This document shows, piece by piece, positions 13,120 to 24,600 of a DNA stretch of 64,000 bases. The first letter of the stretch is position 1, and the number at the start of each line of letters is the position of its first letter. The notes below the pieces were generated by a model. That model searched no databases and was not told the DNA's origin. It saw only the letters and a list, made by a program, of their open reading frames with translations. Made by a program: the position numbers and the translations under genes. The DNA is from Thalia democratica (lineage: Eukaryota): assembly GCA_965202585.1 (NCBI GenBank), contig OZ241833.1, positions 23,808,001 to 23,872,000 of the forward strand, written 5' to 3'.

Positions 13120-13530
13120 AACGTTTTCAAAACTATACTTCATTCTCAAGTGGTAAATTAATTAAAAAAATCTGGTTAGTAAAACAGTTTAAAAAATAAG
13201 TTGAAATTATGAAGCATGAAAAAATCAAAATAAGTTCAAACGTCATAATTTAGACTTATTTTTTAAACTGTTAACAAAGTTTAACCTACGCAAATAAAGA
13301 CTAATTTCTTGCTTGTTAACAAAGTCTGTGTTTACTTGCAATTAATATACTTTTTTAACTTTTTTATTTATTACTTTATATTTGAAACGTTTTAAATAGC
13401 ATTGACGACTTATCGATATTTTGAATATATAAATAGTTAAAATATTATCGGAAGGTTTTCAAAACTATACAAGCTTCATTCTCAAGTGGTAAATGTTAAT
13501 TGAAATTGAAAAAAAATTGGTTAGTAAAAA
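13120..13530 (+). repeat. Local direct duplication of ~65 bp (copies at ~13123 and ~13455)
   Basis: gttttcaaaactatac(aag)cttcattctcaagtggtaaat..aaaaaa..tggttagtaaaa occurs twice about 330 bp apart. Confidence 0.75.
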
Positions 13531-14532
13531 CTAGCTAAACTTAACAAACTTTATCTAATGCATCTAACTACTAACTTTTATACCTTAGTTATTATGTTTA
13601 ATGAGTTTATCTTTTTTTTTGATTAAATTGTTTAAATTTTAATTTAGAATTTTTTTTTGTTTTTAAGACGTAAAATGAAAATTACTTTGAGTTCTTTAAA
13701 AACAGTATGTTTTTCAAAGCCTATTAATTGCTGAAAACAGGTAGATGTATATTGATGTAACAAAATACAACATTTAGTCTTTTATAATTAGTCTAAAAAT
13801 AAGTTAGTTGTCCGTACAAAAAGTTCTATAAGCTAACTTAACTTATCTTTTAATGTAATCTCTGTTTACAGCGTAAAACATACACACAAATATATTCTTA
13901 TGGATAGAAGGAACAAAGTGGAGTGTTAAACTATTAAAAAGTTCAAAGGTTTTTCAATTTCTAATTAACTCAAAAAATGACACATCATAAATTTGGAAGT
14001 TTCGATTTGATTTTGTTTATAGGTTTGTTTTAAATTTGTTTATCGCTTGGTGTAAGTTTTATTTGTATAACAATTTAGCTTCTTGTTGTATAACTTTTTT
14101 TTTTTTCCGTGATAAACTTTTTAATGATTTCTTCAAAATTTTTAACTTTATAGCTATAAAGTTGTAAACTGTTTTTAATTAATGATATTGATTTTTTTCC
14201 AAGGTTTTTCTTAGTTAGCATGATATCGAAACCGCGTTTTTTTTTATTTTTACAAGCTTTAAAATTTACTGTAAGTAATAAAAACTTTTCACAGGTTCAC
14301 TTTTAGTTGCAATTATTGTTGGAATATATCATGGTTACGATGAAAGAAACAAACAAAACCTTGATAATTAGTTTTTTCAAAAGCAAGAAGATTTCACCTG
14401 TAAGCAAAATTTTTAGCTTAATATTTTGTATTCAAATTTATCATAGATTAGTTTTACATAAGTATGTATATGTATGTAGATGTATTTAGAAAAAGTGCAA
14501 AGTAGTAACACAAAAGTTAAGCTATTTTTTAT

Positions 14533-14664
14533 AAAGTGATCTACCGGATCCAAAAGATTCGGATACGGATCTTTATTTTTACATTAGATCAATCGGGATC
14601 CAGATCCAGACCTTCATTTCAAACTTAGACACTGCTAAGTCTGGAACCGTATCCAGCTGATCTA
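14533..14664. mobile_element. Degenerate MITE-like remnant rich in GGATCC/CGGATC motifs
   Basis: Clustered ccggatcc, cggatacggatc, cgggatccagatcc and cgtatccag in otherwise AT-rich DNA; only weak terminal symmetry. Confidence 0.4.
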
Positions 14665-15027
14665 AGTTTTAGTGATAAATTAAACTTCGATTTTTATTTG
14701 TTCGTCATTAAAGGACTTCTCAAAGAAGTCCATATAGACTTATTATTAGTAAGATTTGTAGATGCTTGATAGTTTTTTAGTAACTTTTCAGAGTTTAAAT
14801 GCATAACAGATATATGAAACACTCTCCCAAGTTTTTATGTGATAGTTTATACGTATTACACTACTTTTTGTCAGAACTTAACAGTATAACAAATTTAAAA
14901 TAATGAATAGTTTCTAAACAAAAACACAAAAAGTTAAAACTAACAAAGTAATAAGCGCAATAAATAATCAGTGTAAATTAATAAATAATTAAACTAAAAT
15001 ACTAGTAATGGAAAAATAATGGATAAT

Positions 15028-15459
15028 TTAACTAAATAAAGACTCTTTGTAATCGAATTCCTTTTGTTTGCACAATTCTGATTTCTCCTAAAGTATGGAG
15101 ATAGTCTCCAACTTCACGATATCAAATACACTATTGCATGATGGGTTATTCTAAATCTGGATATGTCATATTTCCTAGCACAATCTTTATCATTAATTAG
15201 ATCTTCTGCAACTGAAAATCTTTTTGCTGCGTTTTTTGTTGCTGTTGTCTTAATTTTAGGTTCTTTTTCAATGAATTTCAAAACACAAGCAGGTAGATGT
15301 TCTTTTATCCTGTTTTTTAAGTGCCTTGAAGTCTGACCGATATAGCTCTTTTCGCAAGAGCAATTAAACTTGTACACTATACAACTTTTGTCTTGGTCTG
15401 GTATCGGGTCCTTCAACTGTATTTTTTTGTTAAGTCTTTTACTTTGCTCTCAAATACAC
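15028..15459 (-). mobile_element. 5'-truncated Penelope-like retroelement fragment (GIY-YIG endonuclease and C-terminus)
   Basis: The ORF 15416-15114 reads KDPIPDQDKSCIVYKFNCSCEKSYIGQTSRHLKNRIKEHLP (VY...YIGQT..L..R..EH GIY-YIG pattern). After a frameshift it continues CNSVFDIVKLETISIL*EKSELCKQKEFDYKESLFS*, so it is decayed. Confidence 0.88.
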
Positions 15460-15592
15460 GTGTATTTGAGAGCCAAGTAAAATACTTAACAAAAACATCT
15501 TACAATCAAGTGTGTCCAAGAGTTGTATTTCTTTCAAAACCTTAACTAAAAGTACAGTTGAAGGACCTGATACCAGACCAAGACAAAAGTTA
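15460..15592 (+). mobile_element. Short inverted second copy of the same Penelope-like sequence
   Basis: 15553-15591 is the reverse complement of 15383-15421 (1 mismatch in 39). The plus frame reads ESQVKYLTKTSYNQVCPRVVFLSKP*LKVQLKDLIPDQDKS. Confidence 0.85.
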
Positions 15593-18500
15593 TATGTTTG
15601 TATTAATTTTTAAAGGAAACACACAAGTATTTTTTTCGTTGAACTATAACCATTTTTCAAAACACATCAAATTATGCTATGCGTATTACAGAGAAACGTT
15701 AGTTTTAATAGTTTGAGTAGTTTCCAAATTTATGGTTGTGATATAAATATTTTTTTATTTACAAAGAGTAGCTATTTAATTGTTCAAACTGGAAATATCG
15801 ATCATAATATTTATGTAACCTTTTTCTAGTAGTATTTTGTGTTTATTCACTTTAGCTTTTTCTTTCAAAAATGCTTTTATAATAAACATTATTGTTTAAA
15901 GGGCACCAAAAATCCAAAGATGCAAACGTCAGTCTTTTTGTTCTGATTATAAGCATTAAAAAGTTTTCCTCATCCGTAAGAAAGTTTTTCAGATTTGGAG
16001 TTTCTGAAAAGATTCAAACTGAAGAAGAAATATCGCATCATAAGTAACAAACAAATAGGGAAATAATATTCTAGTTTTTAAAGTTTGAGTTTTAACTTGA
16101 TATTAATATGTCCTAATAGTAGACTCTTAAAACAAATATAAATAGTTTTAATTTACGAAGTAATTTAGGTTAGTTTTGTAACTTAATTTTTTTTTTACTA
16201 CATAAAAAACACAAGCTATGTTTTTATCAATTCTGAAGTTGTATTAAAATAATGTTTTCGAAACCAAACATTTTAAATACTAAAGAATATTTTCTGTAAA
16301 ATTATTCAAGTACTAATTATGAATACTAAAATGTTTTTAAAAAGCGTGAAGTATATGTTTTTCTAAAATTTTAACGTTTTATATTTCTATATTTCTTTAT
16401 ACATTTATACAACACTTAATAACAACATATACAGATATACAGTCTACATGCAATCATTTCATTTTTACTTAGACGTTAAAAATCCATCAAATATAACTGA
16501 AGCAACATGACTTTCATTAGTTTTTAAATCTTAAATGTTGTCTATTTTAAAACTAATTATAATTCTGTGTTTTAGTATTTCAACAAGCAGTAACATTTAA
16601 AAATTATTTAACGTTATAATTAATTTTAAAACATTGTTGAATAGTATTTTATTTGTGTTTTTTTTTTGATATATACACAAGATCACAGACTTGTGTCAAA
16701 ATATTTTTACACACATAACCTAACAAAAATGATAGATAGTTTATGAGGTGTTTAGTGGTTTTATAACTAGTCTATTGTTATTAAACCTTTTAACATTCTA
16801 TGTAATCATTTCCGTTATTGCTAGACTTGTAGTGTATTACAGCTATGCCTTTTTATTTTTTAACTGTTTTCAGAAACATAATAGGTTTTGTTAGACTTTA
16901 TTACAATCCAGTTTTTTGTTTTAATCAATCTACGAATTACATTACTTTGGTGTTTAAAAAATGCATCTATTAGTATCTAAAATAAAAGTTTCCTAAATAT
17001 TCTTATAAAAACATTTCAAAATAAAGTTACACGTTTTATGCACAACTAATATTTACATTTTCTACAGCTTTAGTTTCACTTGGAATGAAACTAATTGTTT
17101 TAGAAACTTAGAAATTTTACAGTTGTTCCACCAGTTTTAGATTTAAAAGAAATACGTACTTTACACAAAATATTTTTACTTACATATGTATCATAAGTTA
17201 CAAATTAGTACTTACGGTTTTAATACAAAACATTAAACTTAATACTTAACAAAAGTTGAGAAGATTTACAAACCTCAGTACATTTATCAAGCTTGTATGC
17301 ATTACTTTCTGTAAAAATAAACAATAAACTGAGTAATTTTGAACGTATTCTAACTCTTGGTATGATTTTCAGTTTTCCAATCATTATTTTATGTGTGAAT
17401 GTAGTTGTTGTATACTTTATATATACTATTGTATAAAGACTGTTTTGTCTTTATTTAAAATTATCTGTACCTACTGAAACATGTAGTAAAAAAACATTTT
17501 ATTTGTATATAAATGTTTTCAAAAAATTATTTTGCAAAACAATAAAAGTAGGCTATTTTTCAACAAGATTCGGAAACATGCTAATAATTTTGTTTTTAGC
17601 AGACATTTACGGAGCTTACACGTTCCAAATTTTTGTAAATATGTAAGTAAATGGTTATAGTTTTGACGAATAAAGTGCAAAATTAACTATAACTTACTAC
17701 TAAAACCATAATCCTTTTAAACCCCTGATGGTATATTAAGATAGTAGTGCCTAATTAGTTAATATTTTGCTACTACTTTGGCCTTATTGTATTTACTATT
17801 AGTAAAATATTTCAAAACTGTCAAAGCCAGAAAAAGACATTTGCTACTTAAGTTAGTCCGATGTTTATTAAGGGTTACCGACCCCTGGCATATACAGATA
17901 GGTATGATATTTCTTGCAATAGTTAAAACCTAATCATATGTACTGTTTCACTAAAATTATAATCGAACGAAAACAGTTCAACATATAGCAAAATGGTATA
18001 TGATGTATGTTACAAAGTAAAATAAGTCTAAGACAAAACAAAACTTGATACTCTTGTTTAAATCTGCTTAAAAAAACGTTATTTGTAATTTTTTTAGATA
18101 AGTAAAAAGTATTAGTTCGTTTATGAAACTCTAGGTTTCAAGTAATTTTTGTAGATAATACAAAGATATTTTTTAAATAAGAATGGTAGTTTTAAAACAT
18201 ATTCTCCTAGATACCAAAAAAAATGATTAAGTATTAATTTAATATCATACTTTAAGTTTTTTATAAAAGTTTACATAGGCAGTAAAGAGCTTAAATTGTT
18301 AACAACTGGTGCAAGCATTTTAAAACTTTAAATTTTTATAAAGAATTATCAACCAAAGAGTAAATTAAAGGTTCTGATTCTATTGATACTTTTTTAAATT
18401 AGAGTTGATTTTTTTAAAATATAGTACACCCTTAGAAACAAAATAAAAATATGAATTCACACATATACATTTTCAAATAAATAAAATCTTGAAAAAGTTG

Positions 18501-20869
18501 ATTTAAGTATAAAAACTTGAATATTAATAGCTTTTGTTTTGTGGGCAAAAGTCTTTTTCACTTAAAATTTTAGCACTTAAATAACTTATGGCTTAACATC
18601 ATATACAACTTATTTAAGAACTCAACAATATCAATTTTTTACTTGCCTTACACTGAATTGAAATGGACTTATAATATAGTTTAACAATTAATTCAAATAT
18701 GTTCTGTCAATTTCTCCTGAGAAAAATGACAATAACAACGAGAAATAATAAAATAAAATTGTATTTTATACAAAATAAACTACTTGTTTTAGTATCATAA
18801 AAAAAAACATTACGTTAAAAAACGAACAGGTTTAAACTTATTTCCTGGTAAAATTTTTTTTTAATAATTTACGTCTAAAAACAAAGTTTAATTGAAAAAA
18901 GAATTGTAGTTTTTACAGAACTCTTGTTTTAACAATTACGTATGGAACAAACTTACTAAAGTTAAAGTTTGTTTAAATCATTTTAATACGATTATTTGAA
19001 AAAAATTGTTTATATAAAAGTCTCGAACAATACAAACTCATATCCAAAATGTTTTACGCAGTTATGATAATATTAAAACTTATATAAATAATATATATTA
19101 AAACTAATATTAATATGTATTAGTTAACAACATTTTAGATATTTTATGCAAATATTACTATAATTAAATAAGTATTTTACAACATATTCATTACTCACAT
19201 GGTGTTTTTAAATTAATAAACTATTCATTTTTTACGAGCTTCAGCATATGTTTTATAAAATCACTGTTTTCTTTACTTGGTTATGATTTTAAAAGTGTAT
19301 AGTATATATTTCACATTTAGCTTTTAAGTATTATACAACTGTATTTTATAAACTTACTGTAAGTAAACTCAAAAAGTTGTTTGAAGTTTTTGAAAAAAAA
19401 GTATTGAAAACTAGAGTGTACAAAAAAACACTACATACAAAATATATATATATTCTCAAAAATCGTATTGTTTCTGTCAAAAAAGTTAAAGCTGCTTAAG
19501 TTTGAATAAACATTTTTGCTTATCTGTAAAAAAGTTGAAATACAATGAAAAACAATCTATTAAATTAATGAGTTAATCACACTGCTCAGTTACCGTCAGG
19601 AAACAAAATTTTATTTTTTGTTGAAACTTTCAACTATTTTTTTATTGCTAATCATCTACTTTTAAACAAAATCAACAGAACTTTATTACATTTTTCGATT
19701 TTAAATAATAACTGGTTGTGGTTATCCATTAGTAATTGTTGCCAATAAGTTAGCAAAAGAATTCAATTACGACTTGCAATGTATATAAAATTTCCTGAAG
19801 CCGGATCATTGTTGAATTAAATCTTCTATGACTAAAAAAATCCTTATTTAAAAACTTACTATTCTGTGTGTTTAACGTTACTATACGTTCAACTACCATT
19901 AGTTCATAACTCATATAAACTACTTCTAAGCAAAAAAAATGTTTAATAAAATAAGGCCAAAGCATTATTATGCAAAGTTGTTAGAAAATTAACCTTGAGT
20001 AACTTTCTTCAGATAGTTTACGAAAATTTGGTAAGGTGCACAATAATTGATACTTGGCAACTGTTCTTGTTAATACCTTTCACGATTTAAAGTTTTTTGT
20101 TATGCTTTTTTCAATACTTTATAACTGTCAAACCAGTTGGTAGTAAACATAATATATTGAACATAATATGACAACTTCAGGTTCTCAGGAAAATTTATCT
20201 TTATCTATATAAGCATAATAGATTAGTTTTAGTTATCAAAGATTAATTAAAATCAAAGATTTGTATTTAAGCTTTAAAAAATACTACTTTTTATTTCATT
20301 ATATTAAATTTAAAACTAGATAACTTTATAGTATCGACATGACAAAAATTTATATAATAACTTCGGTAAATTCAGTTTAATATTTTTTAAACTAAAGATT
20401 TATGATTTTTTTTTCCCTTAATAAAAATTAATTACCAGGTATAAAAAACAACAATACGGATAAACCATTAAAAGAAAGTTTTTTTTAACGTTATGTTAAA
20501 TATACTTGTTTATGTTTTTTTTTATTGAATAATTTTTGTTTAGACTTTTTCTTAAAATTTTTTCAAAATTCGTGTTATAAAGTATTTGTTTCAAAAACCT
20601 CACGTTTTATAAGTTAATGTAAAGTTAAAACACCAGCATTAAAAAATTAGATTCAAATAAAGTTTTTCTTCGTATTGCATTTAGTTGTGTTCATGCTAAT
20701 TTAGTTTTTATAACACAATATATTATACAATATTTTGTTACTTTTTTATAAAATAAACTTTTTAGTCCAAATTTATGAAAAAGTTCACATTATGAGAAAG
20801 TAAAATAACCAAGTTAATATTTTCAATTTATTCAAGTTCAAATTTGTATTTTTTCAATAGAAAAAATTC

Positions 20870-21120
20870 TAGTCATTATTAAAGTTTGAAATATAAGCAA
20901 CGCCTTTTATAAACATTCACGAAGAAAATACAATAGAAATATTTTACTTAGTTTTAGAGCCACTACTGTATATTACAATAGCATTGTTTTTAAACACTGA
21001 ATAAAATCTGACCTTGTTAGAACTTGTTTGGCTGTAAATTCTAAAGCATACAATAAACAAAAACAACTTTTTTAATGTTTGACCTACCTTTTAACTTATA
21101 TGCATTAAATATGGGGTGAA
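20870..21120 (+). promoter_or_regulatory. Non-coding block upstream of SLC22 copy A, paralogous to 33865-34160 (probable promoter / 5'UTR region)
   Basis: gtcattat.aaagtttgaaat.taagcaacgcctttt.taaacattcacgaa...agcattgtttttaaacact.aa.aaaa.ctgaccttg is shared by both paralogues 0.5-0.9 kb upstream of the ATG. Confidence 0.6.
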
Positions 21121-21651
21121 AAAGAGTTTGGTAACTATTTAACTAACATATTGAGTTTAGTTGTTAAAAGTTTTTTTTAACTTATTTTTCTGGTTTGTGT
21201 TAATCTTATGTGAAAAAATAAACAAATTTTATAAAGTTCACATTTTAGAATTAGAACATATATTTGGTATTGTAAAGTTTTAAGCTGCTACTTTTTTGTT
21301 AGTTGTGCAAAATAAAAGAATACGGTAAGTCTTTTAAACAACTCAGCACATGGGTTTTCTTAATTTCTTAAACGAGCTTAAGAAAAATTAACAACGTTTA
21401 AAAAGTTTAACTTAATGTCTAGCACAATAACTTGAGGAACGTTTTTTTTTGCAAAGCATTATTATCGTAGCCTTTCTGGTTTTTTTTACTTTAGAAAATC
21501 GAAATTACATCTGATGTAAAATTAAACAGAGATGAAAAACTTTTTTTCATGTAATCGTTAATTATCAGAATTGTTTAAAAACTGAGTAATACTTATTTGT
21601 TATATGCATTAAGAACATTAGTAACTACTTAAAAGTGAAAAAAGGAATAAA

Positions 21652-24600
21652 ATGCAAAAAAATCAAGTCTCAGTAGAAGTTGATAAAACAGAAAAGAAAA
21701 ATGACAACAAATTTTACGATTTTGATGTCATTCTAAAAGAAATAGGTAGTTTAGAAAAGTACCAGTTGTTTTTATTTTTGGTCGTGTTTTGGATTTCAAT
21801 ACCATCAGGTAAGTCACAGTAAACCTTGCTTGTTAAATCAACCTTTTTTTTAACTATTATGTATGTATTTCAATTTTAGGATTCATTGCTGTTTCGCCAG
21901 TGTTCCTTCAAGCAACACCAAATTACAGGTTTTTTTCGTATTTCTATTACTACTTATAAGTCTTTATTCATCTAATCTTATTTTAATTTAATTTGTTTTA
22001 ATATATGTTCAGGTGTGATTTGTCACCTTTGGACAACCAAGAAGTTTATAATCTCACTGAAAACAATTTAAAAGAGAAGCTGTTACCTATGAACTCGATA
22101 ACTAAAGTTAGTTTTAATGTTGTGTGTGACTTAGATATTTAAGTTGAGTAATACTTATAACCAAATATACTTTTAAGACTTATTAGCAATAAACAGAAGA
22201 TTTTGGAGAAAAAAATCAGCAAAAGTTATTTATAAAATCTAGTTAAAAAATGTTGTATAATTTAGTTTGTCGTTTGTTTGTTCAAAAAGCACAACTGACG
22301 TAAATACCTTCTATGTGTAAAAAGCAAGAAAAAATAAAGTTAAAGTCTGAAACTGTACAAGAGAAGTTCTTACTAACACTTTTTTAAACTTAAAAGATAA
22401 TATATAAAAATAAAGCTTATTAGTGAAATAGCACGTATACTTATTTTATGAAATGTTTTAACCTGTTAAGAACAGTTTTTACTGGAAAAATACACTTATT
22501 TTTTTAAGCTTGAGTTTAAAAGCTGTATTTCTAGGTTAATCTTAAAAAAGAACGTAGCACTTGTTTGTTATAGAAAAATAAAAGGATATTTTAACTAAAT
22601 AAACAGGATTATGATAAATGTAGTAGATACAACTATGATTTATCATCTTGCGATGCTACACTCAGTTGCATTCAACCAACAAATGTTTCTTCTACTATTT
22701 CGTGCGATCAAGGAATATGGTTTGATGAGTCTGTATACCAAAGCACTGTTATTACTGAGGTAAGAGTTAGGGAGATTCGTTTATTACCTACTTTAATTTT
22801 TTGTACCTAGTCAACTCAAAAGAAGTTGCGAGTATTTACTTTAATTATAATAGCCAACCATGTTATAAAGAAACAATAAGAGTAATAAGTCAAACAGTTT
22901 AGCTTAATGTTTGAACAAATTAAGATTAACGTTTTTTTAAGTTGTTTAATGTATCTCTCATCAGTTATTTTACAAATTCAATCGATAATCGAAATGTTCT
23001 ATATGCACCAGGTCCTATGACCATAAATTTAAAAAGGTTTTTTTTTTGACGTTCAATAAACTATATTTTTTTTTATAAAATAATAATATATAAACTTTTA
23101 ATCAAACTGTTGAAAATAACACGTTTATTGAAGAACAAAAATATTTCTAAGACGGCTATGTACGGTGGTGTACGACTCAATAACCGAAAGTTTTTTTGTA
23201 CACCAGGTCCACAAACAAAACTTTTTGAGCGCTGTTTCTAAACTTTGATTTTTGTTAAGAATAAAAATTATATTTAAAATAGTTATACTTTTTACAAACA
23301 TGCATGTAGAAATTTTTTACAGTTTGGACTAGTATGTGATAAAACAACTATAGCTTCGTTACTTACCTCTTTGTTTTTTGTTGGAAAACTGGTCGGTTCG
23401 CTGTTTGGAGGAAACATAATTGATAGGTTAGATAATAAGTTTGTTTAGCTTTTAACCAGCTATGTAACTTTTTGTTTTAAACATAGTAATTCACAAAAAT
23501 TAAAAAAATAGATTAAGTAAGTATATAATTCAATAACACTTTTCGTCAATAGAATTTTTAACGTCAATGTCATTAATGAAAGTTTGTCAAAAGTTGTTTA
23601 GTAAAACACATACTTTAACACATAATTCAAATTTAATTAACTTCTACCCATTTTAAATATTTTTAAAATAATTACAAATTACGATTACAGAGTAAAATTC
23701 TTAAAACTAAAGTATATTTCTGAAAAACAAAAGACTAAAAGTCAAAATTATTTCAGAACCACATAGTTTATCTTTAAATCGTTCGATGTTTAAAATAATA
23801 TGACTTACTAACGACCTAAAAATTTTATGTAGACAAAAGTTTAAACAAATAAATTGAATTAGGTATTTAATATTTAAATCTTTTTAATAATTTTACTTTA
23901 CAAACTATTTGTTTAAAAAAGAGAAGTACAAAAAAAAACTGTTAAACCGGAAAATTTAAAACGAAATTTGTAGTAATCAAACTGTATTGTTACTATCTAA
24001 AATGCATTTAAGTTTTAACTTTTATTAAACTAACTATTGTAACAATAGAAAGTAAATACAAATAAATCAAAGCAATTTTATATATGTTACACAATTTTTT
24101 CTTTAGTTTTTATACATTTTCGTATCGTAAAGTTCTATAATAAATTAAAAGTATCATTATTTGTAAAAATCAATTTAGAATCAAGACTAAACTGTCGTAA
24201 ACAAGTTAAACTTTTATACTAGACTTAACAACAAAAGTAGTTTTGAAAGAATTTATTTTATTATAATTTTTATACTTCTAACTGCTTAGATTTTTTATTC
24301 AATTTAAAACTTGTAGGGTCGGAAGAAGTCCAGTTATGCTAGTTACTCAAATAGCATTAGTTGGGATATGTATTGGTACTTCGTATTCAACAAGTGTAAC
24401 CATGTATGCTGCATTGAGACTCGTCACAGCATTGTTTCAGACAACTGGTTACATTGCAGCTTTTGTTTTCGGTTAGAATTAAACTTTAATCGAAATTTTA
24501 TTGAGTTTCAAATACAGTTTGTAGTTATACACTTTTTAGAATAAGGTACTGTAGTTCATTATAATATAACTATAGTATTAAAATGTTTTTTTTCTATTCT

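Noticed and set aside
14690-14735. GGACTTCT-ttg-AGAAGTCC hairpin and a TGACGAAC..TCGAAG string downstream of the Penelope fragment, considered as a PLE hammerhead
   Set aside because: There is no intact CUGANGA core or GAAA, and stem II does not close.
15950-16500. Exon-like stretches at ~15990-16045 and ~16470-16510 (for example VKNPSNITEAT-stop)
   Set aside because: Isolated, with no phase-consistent partners or homology; compatible with chance in AT-rich DNA.
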